A stretch of 64,000 bases of DNA from Eledone cirrhosa (Eukaryota), in the NCBI GenBank assembly GCA_964016885.1, contig OZ024741.1, positions 290,718,001 to 290,782,000 on the forward strand, given 5' to 3'. Each line of letters begins with the position of its first letter. Position 1 is the first letter of the stretch. The notes under the pieces are model-generated. The model saw only the letters and a list, made by a program, of their open reading frames with translations, did no database searches and was not told where the DNA came from. This document shows positions 57,070 to 64,000 of the stretch, piece after piece. A program made the position numbers and the translations under genes.

Positions 57070-60000
57070 CCCAATTCAATGATGTTCCAAAACAATATAA
57101 AAGAGACCTTTGGCAATAAAGGTTCTGGAACAAAAGAAATATTTGGCAATAAGGGCAGGGACCCAAGGTTATCACAGCCTGGGCCCGCTCGTCATCGTGC
57201 CACTGTAATAAAGCCAAACAAGGCATTTAGTATTGGCTGCTGGAACGTACGGACGCTGCTTGACAGGGATTCCTTGGAGCGTCCTGAACGAAGGACCGCT
57301 CTTGTTGCAAAGGAGCTTCGACGTTACGATCTTGACATCGTCGCTTTATCTGAGACCAGGTTAGCTGGAGAATGTCATCTTACAGAATTTTGTTAAGACT
57401 GTTCTTGTGAATAAATTAGAAGAATTCCCAGTAGGGATTAGTGAGCGTCTTATGTCCATGACAATTCCGCTGGACAAAGGAAGATATGAGACCCTGGTGA
57501 GTGTGTATGCTCCAACTATGAATTCTGTCGATGAAGAAAAAGTGTCCTTTTACCATGCCTTGAAAGGTGTTTTAAGAAATATCCCTCAGGCAGATAAAGT
57601 CATCGTGCTTGGTGACTTTAATGCTAGAGTGGGTAGGGATTTTAACACATGGAATGTAATCGGAAGGCATGGGGTGGGAAAGTGTAACAACAATGGTATG
57701 CTCCTGCTGCAGATGTGTGAGGAGATGGATCTGTGTGTTACCAACACCATGTTCCAACAAAAGAACACATTTAAGACCACATGGATGCATCCTCCATCTA
57801 AGGAATGGCATCTTTTGGACTACGTCCTAGTCAGGATGCGCGACAGACAGGATGTGCAGTGTGTTCGTGCTCTTCGTGGAGCTGAGTGCTGGACGGACCA
57901 CCGCCTGGTACGCGCAAAAGTGAAACTAATCCCTAAACGTAAAATCCGGGCTCCTGGTGTTGCCCTGCCCAGAAGAATGAATGCTGCTCGTCTTAGGGAT
58001 AAAAATCTGAAGAGGACATTGCAAGAAGAGATGCAGGTTGCAGATCTTGGTGAAGATTGGCCGACCCTTAAAAAGTCGGTTTATGATACAGGCAGGCGTG
58101 TTCTGGGATTGGTGAAGAGAAAACATCAAGACTGGTTTAATGAGAATGATGAACATATAGAAGACTTGTTGGCTGACAAGAGGCGTGCTCTGTCACGCTA
58201 CTTGACGGCAAAACCACAGGAGAAGAATATGTTGCATAAGGAACTCAATGATGTGAAATCACGTGTTAGGCGCAGTCTTTCTCAGATGAAGGATCAGTGG
58301 TGGAGTGAGAAGGCTGATGAGATACAAACTGCGTCAGATTCCAATAATACAAAGCTGTTGTACAGTCTCTTGCGTGAAGTTTATGGACCGTCTTCTTCTC
58401 TGGTGACTCCGCTTCGCAGCAAGGATGGCAAAGAACTTCTTCGTGACTCACAAGGAATTCTACGAAGGTGGCGAGAGCACTTTCATGAGCTTTTGAATCA
58501 ACCGTATCTGTCGTCAATGAAGATTTCCTCAATCTCATCCCAGAAAGTCCTGTGAAAGTAGTTCTCGCAGAACCTCCGACGCTTGTGGAGGTTGCAGTGG
58601 CTATCTCGAAGCTGAACAGTGGAAGGTCTCCAGGTGTGGATGGCATACATGCTGAGCTCCTACAATATGGTGGTGAGAGAGTCTTGCAACATCTTCACTC
58701 TTTGTTTGGCAGGATATGGGCTAATGATTCCATACCTGAGGACTGGAGAGATGCAGTAATGGTGGTCCTGTACAAGAGAAAGTGTAACAGGAATGATTGT
58801 GGGAACTACAGAGGTATATCATTGCTTTCTGTCGTAGGGAAAGTTATATGTAGCGTGCTTCTGGACCGTCTGCTGACACACATTGCAGATTGTGTTCTTC
58901 CTGAAAGTCAATCTGGTTTTTGTGCTGGACGCGGCACTACTGATATGATCTTCTCAGCTAGACAGCTCCAGGAGAAGTGCACGGAACAAGGTTTGGATCT
59001 GTATCAGGTTTTTGTCGATCTGACAAAAGCTTTCGATACTGTTAACAGAAATGCATTATGGAAGGTTCTCCAGAAACTTGGTTGCCCTGATAATTTCCTT
59101 GCTTTAGTTAGGTCTTTCCATGACAACATGAAGGCTTGGGTTAATGTCGGAGGTAACATGTCGGAGCCTATCTCAGTAAAAAATGGAGTGAAACAGGGGG
59201 ATATTCCAGCACCGACCCTGTTTGCCATATACTTTGCAATGGTTTTCTGTATTGCATTCAGGAATTGCGAGCATGGTGTTTACATCCGCTATCGAACCTC
59301 AGGCAGCATATTTAACATCAGGCTCTTTGCTGCAAAAACAAAAGTAGTTACATCAATCATAAGAGACCCCTTGTATGCAGATGATTGCGATCTTGTAACG
59401 CACACAGAGAGTGATATGTAGCACATTTTGAATGCATTTTCTGATGCTTGCACTGCCCTAGGATTGACTGTCAGTCTCAAGAAAACCATCGTCATGTACC
59501 AACCTGCCCCTAGTAAGCAGTACATTGAACCAAATATCTATGTGTATGGTAAACGACTTGGAGTGGTTGATCAGTTTGTCTACCTCGGAAGCACTGTCAA
59601 TCGATACAGCAGCCTTGATAATGAAATCCCACTCAGGATTAGGAAAGCAAGTGATTCTCTCGGAAAGCTAGAAAGGCGACTCTGGGGTCGGCGAGATATA
59701 TGCTAGAAGACAAAGGTAAAGGTGTACAAGGCATGTGTGCTCTCTTCTCTTCTTTATGCCTGCGAGACCTGGGTCACATATCGACACCACCTTAAGCAAT
59801 TGGAGCGTTTCCATCAGATGTGTCTCAGACGGATCCATGGCGTTCACTGGAGGGACCACATCAGTGATGTCGAGATTTTGGAAAGCTCTATGTGTGGCAG
59901 TATAGAAGCTCTTGTGCTTAAGCAACGACTCCGTTGGAGTGGTCACCTTACCAGGATGAAGGATTCTAGAATACCAAAACAACTCTTTTATGGAGAGTTA

Positions 60001-60380
60001 GTTAAAGGAAAACGACCGCCACGTAAACAAAAAAGAGGTATAAAGATTCCTTGAAAGCCTCTTTGAAAGACACTAACATCTCTGCTAATACATGGGAAAA
60101 TGTTGCTGATCGTAATAAATGGAGAAAGACTGTATATGAGGGAAAGGTTGCCTTTGAGGCATCTCGAATCGCATACGAGAAATTAAAGCGGGATGTAAGG
60201 AAGGGCATTGCTGTTGCACTTCCAGACGGCGAAGGTCCTCTATGGTGCTGACATGCAGCGTCTGTGCGAGACTCTGCCTAAGCAAAGCTGGACTTGAAAG
60301 TCATCTTCGCAGTCATAAAGTAAGACCAGTGGTTGACTACCAGGCTGCTGTTAGAGATGATTCCAGTTCCTCAGTGAAAT
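57070..60380 (+). mobile_element. RTE/BovB-type LINE, near full length, inactive
   Basis: IGCWNVRTL, ALSETR, SVYAPT, LGDFNARVG, LLDYVL, WTDHRLV (EN); NYRGISLLS, FVDLTKAFDTV, GVKQG, LYADD, LLYACETW, LRWSGH; terminal CSVC..LESHLRSH zinc finger; deletion near 57400, stops and frameshifts. Confidence 0.95.
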
Positions 60381-60669
60381 AACAACCCATTGAGGAACTG
60401 TGCATATCAGAGTATTGACAAAGTTAAACACCTCAACAACATGTGTACTCGTCTCTACCACACTAATTCGGACTGCCTGAAGAGGTCACAGCCAATGATG
60501 GTTGTCACCGAAATATATATAGCAGTAATAAACGAAGCCAAATTTTTAACATTTGACTTATTTATTTTATTTTATTTTACATTACTCCGGAGTAACAAAA
60601 CCAACCTGCGCACTTCGTCGAGTGTTCCAATCTGCATACTGAGGCGTTGGTATACAACCAACATATACT

Positions 60670-60778
<109 letters not shown>

Positions 60779-60859
60779 CCTGTTACCTACTCTACTACCC
60801 TAAGCATCGAGTACTCTGGTACGTTATAGTCCACCTGGTTCCTTACCATACTTTCTTTG

Positions 60860-60862
<3 letters not shown>
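60779..60862 (+). mobile_element. Family P1 tail-only copy in (TA)n
   Basis: Aligns to 28868-28953. Confidence 0.75.
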
Positions 60863-60899
<37 letters not shown>

Positions 60900-61055
60900 A
60901 TCTGTGTGCATCTCTCCGTGTGGTTTCAATGAAAATCGTGAGAAATAGTAATTGTTGTATGTCTGCATTTAAGTTTCCATATCAGGGTACTTCCTTTGTG
61001 TAGACCATTCATTTTGATTGCGTGGAGCAGTATAAAAGGAAGTGAGAGAGAGAGT

Positions 61056-61148
<93 letters not shown>

Positions 61149-61576
61149 CTCAACTTGCACCGGATATTCTCAATAATAATAAATATCACACCCATGCACA
61201 TATACTCACACACACATACACATGAACACTTATATGGATGTACTTTATTCAATTATCATACGTATTTTGTGTCATAAAAAATACTTGAACTCTACTATAT
61301 ACATACATACATTGATACACACATATATACATATATATATACATACACACACATACACACCCTTATATACACATGCACAAACAGACATACATTCTCATAT
61401 ACACACGCACACGGACTCATACATATACATATGCATTTATATGTATGTTATATAATTGTCTATACTTTAGGCACAAGGCCAATTATCTTAGTACATTACT
61501 GGTGCTTTATTTTATCGACCCCGTAAGGATGAATGGCAAATACACTATATATATCTCATATACAGACATCTACACA

Positions 61577-61757
61577 ATAATTGTTTCTACCTTTGGCACA
61601 AGGCCAGCAATTATCCAGTGTATTACTGGTACTTTATTTTATTACCCCGTAAGGATGAAAGGCAAAGTTAACCTCGGCGGGATTTGAACTCAGACCATAA
61701 AGGGCCGTAACCCTTTGCTGCAAAGAATGGCGTCCGACCCTCTACCGAAACTGCCAA
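61577..61757 (-). mobile_element. tRNA-derived SINE, family A (3' fragment also at 61452-61540)
   Basis: Aligns to 3612-3810. Confidence 0.9.
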
Positions 61758-62973
61758 AATGCTTACATATATATGTAATAATGTAGAATAGCTTTATATA
61801 CCCACCTGTATTGAACTATAGCCATAGGAAGTTATACGGACATGAGTATGCATATATGCTTAGATACATATAATTGTGTGAAAATTGCTTTATCATCATG
61901 CACACTGCTTTTAGTTAATATACTTTTCTTATTGTTGATTTTGTTGAGTTTAATGTTAAATTCTAATAACTGTTGAGGTTATGCTATAAAGTCTGTTGTA
62001 TATAACGCTACTAATGTTAAAGCAGTATACGCTGTTCATGCTGTGTAAAAAATTGTCTTGCATAACGCTGCTGTTTTTATGACTGTGTGAGGGTGTTTGA
62101 AATCACCTACTGTAAAAGGAAATACCGAAAAATTCAAGAGATAAGTTTAAGGAACGTTGCTGTAGAGAAAATATTTTAGTTTGGCACGAAATCTTAGAAT
62201 TTTTAAAGAGAAATGGTCGATACAATTATAGGTCATTAATAGGTCCCTGAGTGCCATACAAAACGCCAGCATCATTTATCATAGGGGAATTGACGGTTGA
62301 AAAAGAGCAATACTTGTATGTGATTTATTTTATCTAGCACAAAAGGATAAAAGACACAGTCAGCTAGGATATGAACTCACTTCGACGAGATACGACTACA
62401 ACATGATCCGAAAAAGTACAAGACCTGCGAAAAATAGTTACTAAACCTTCTTCAAATAACAGACTACCGTCTTATAAAAAGAAAGAAAGCTTTAGTTTAT
62501 GTATTCCTGAGTTCCCTGTGGAATGGCGAGATCAATTTTTTATATGTTAACGTTCTATATTAAAAAAATGTTAGAAAATAATTTTAAAAAGAAATGAATA
62601 TATTGCGAGTAAATTTGACATATTTAATAAAAGTTTCGCTCCGGCTAAGACTTTTCTGTAATATGTATGGTCTCTACCTTTAAAATTCTAACTCTCACAC
62701 TTAGGAAAGAAACACAAAAATATACCCTAATGTCTATAATCTGTTCTTTCAACTTTTAACAGCTTTGAGGATGACTTCAACTAAAGCTTATGCTTTATCA
62801 AACTCCGATAAAATAAAACAGATTTAATATTCATCGATATTGTTTAGGCTGAAACATTTATGAATAAAATACTACATTTAGTTATTTAATACGTATTTTT
62901 GAAATCAATTAAAATTATCATATTGTCACAATGCTTTCAAAAACTACTCAATAATACATATCCACACCATACA

Positions 62974-63156
62974 CTCACACACTCGTGAGGTTGTGAGTTC
63001 GATTCCCAGACCGGGAAATGCGTTATGTCATTGAGCAAGACACTTTATTTCACATTGCTCCTTCTATCTGGAGTTGCGACTGATAGATAGTATTAGCAAT
63101 TGGAAAAACTGATGGAAACATTGTTTCCTCGGTCCGATTTGACGAAAGTCGATCGC
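62974..63156 (+). mobile_element. tRNA-derived SINE, family B, 5'-truncated
   Basis: Reverse complement of 12171-12360. Confidence 0.85.
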
Positions 63157-63230
63157 TCCTTTATATATATATATATATAAACAAATGTATCTTGAATATC
63201 AAGTTTGAAACGCGAGTGTATTAGAATTCA

Positions 63231-63521
63231 TATAGTTATTGGAAGAACTCAGCACAAGGAAGCTGTTAAAACAGCAAAATGCTGTCAATGGCGGCGTCGG
63301 GTTAAATTTACGTCAAAGGATAGAAATCAGTGGCTAGAAGTGTGTTGGCTCGTACAAAACAGACCAGAGAGGTTCTCACAAACATCAAATTTTTTCATCA
63401 GCTTCTACGAGCCAATACACTTCTAGCCGCTGATTTCTATCCTTTAAGGTAAATTTTACTCGATGCCGTCATTGACGGCATTTTGCTATTTTAACAGCTT
63501 CCTGCGTCGAATTATTCAAAT

Positions 63522-63529
<8 letters not shown>
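63231..63529. mobile_element. Foldback/MITE-like element with ~125-bp imperfect TIRs
   Basis: 63231-63357 pairs with ~63403-63529; ends at TA and (TA)n. Confidence 0.75.
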
Positions 63530-63578
<49 letters not shown>

Positions 63579-63586
63579 ACAAAAGG

Positions 63587-63719
63587 AAAAGAATGACTTC
63601 ACTTGTAGTTCTAAACAATTCTAAACTATTTGATTTAATTTTATAATAATATCTACAAAATCATAATATTATAAAATTAAATCAAATTGTTTAGAATTAC
63701 AAGTAAAGTCATTCTTTTC
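63587..63719. repeat. AT-rich imperfect hairpin
   Basis: gaaaagaatgactt..acttgta..ttctaaacaat versus attgtttagaattacaagt..aagtcattcttttc. Confidence 0.7.
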
Positions 63720-64000
63720 ATTTCTTAAAATATACCTAACTGTACCAAGGATTTCACACATTTCCCAATATATATATATCACATAAACAAATCGTATGTG
63801 CCTTTATATACATGTGGCCTCAAATAAGAGAATCGGAATCGTAGCATTCCGTCACCTAAAATAGGGTAACCATGTAACCCTTGGTTCCATGTGCATAGAA
63901 AAACGTCGGTATAATGACAAATGGAATGTGCTTGATCCTACGTTTGACTATGACTGATCTGTGGTTAAACAACCAAAATGAATAATTCAAGTGAGATAAA

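Overview
Eukaryotic, AT-rich, microsatellite-saturated, repeat-dominated DNA. The overall style (dense (TA)n/(CA)n/(GA)n, two tRNA-derived SINE families, Tx1/RTE/R4 LINE debris) suggests an octopus-like mollusc; this is inference. No host protein-coding gene could be identified with confidence, and most listed ORFs are microsatellite artefacts. Recognisable content: a degraded Penelope-like element (RT + C-terminal GIY-YIG, Naiad-type motifs) with inverted pseudo-LTRs carrying hammerhead ribozymes (HHR); two tandem Tx1-like LINEs; an RTE LINE; R4/Dong and RTE fragments; many SINEs; a U6 pseudogene; a 37-bp minisatellite; and a G-rich octamer array. The main observation is a set of non-coding HHR elements inserted in (TA)n. 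It includes a ~5.9-unit tandem array of apparently identical 466-bp monomers, each with a textbook minimal type I HHR (retrozyme-like, consistent with rolling-circle reverse transcription of a circular RNA), and several small palindromic HHR elements. These share the Penelope element's architecture: an inverted arm that stops about 65-80 nt short of the sense 3' end, and a TGAGT-containing tail abutting (TA)n.
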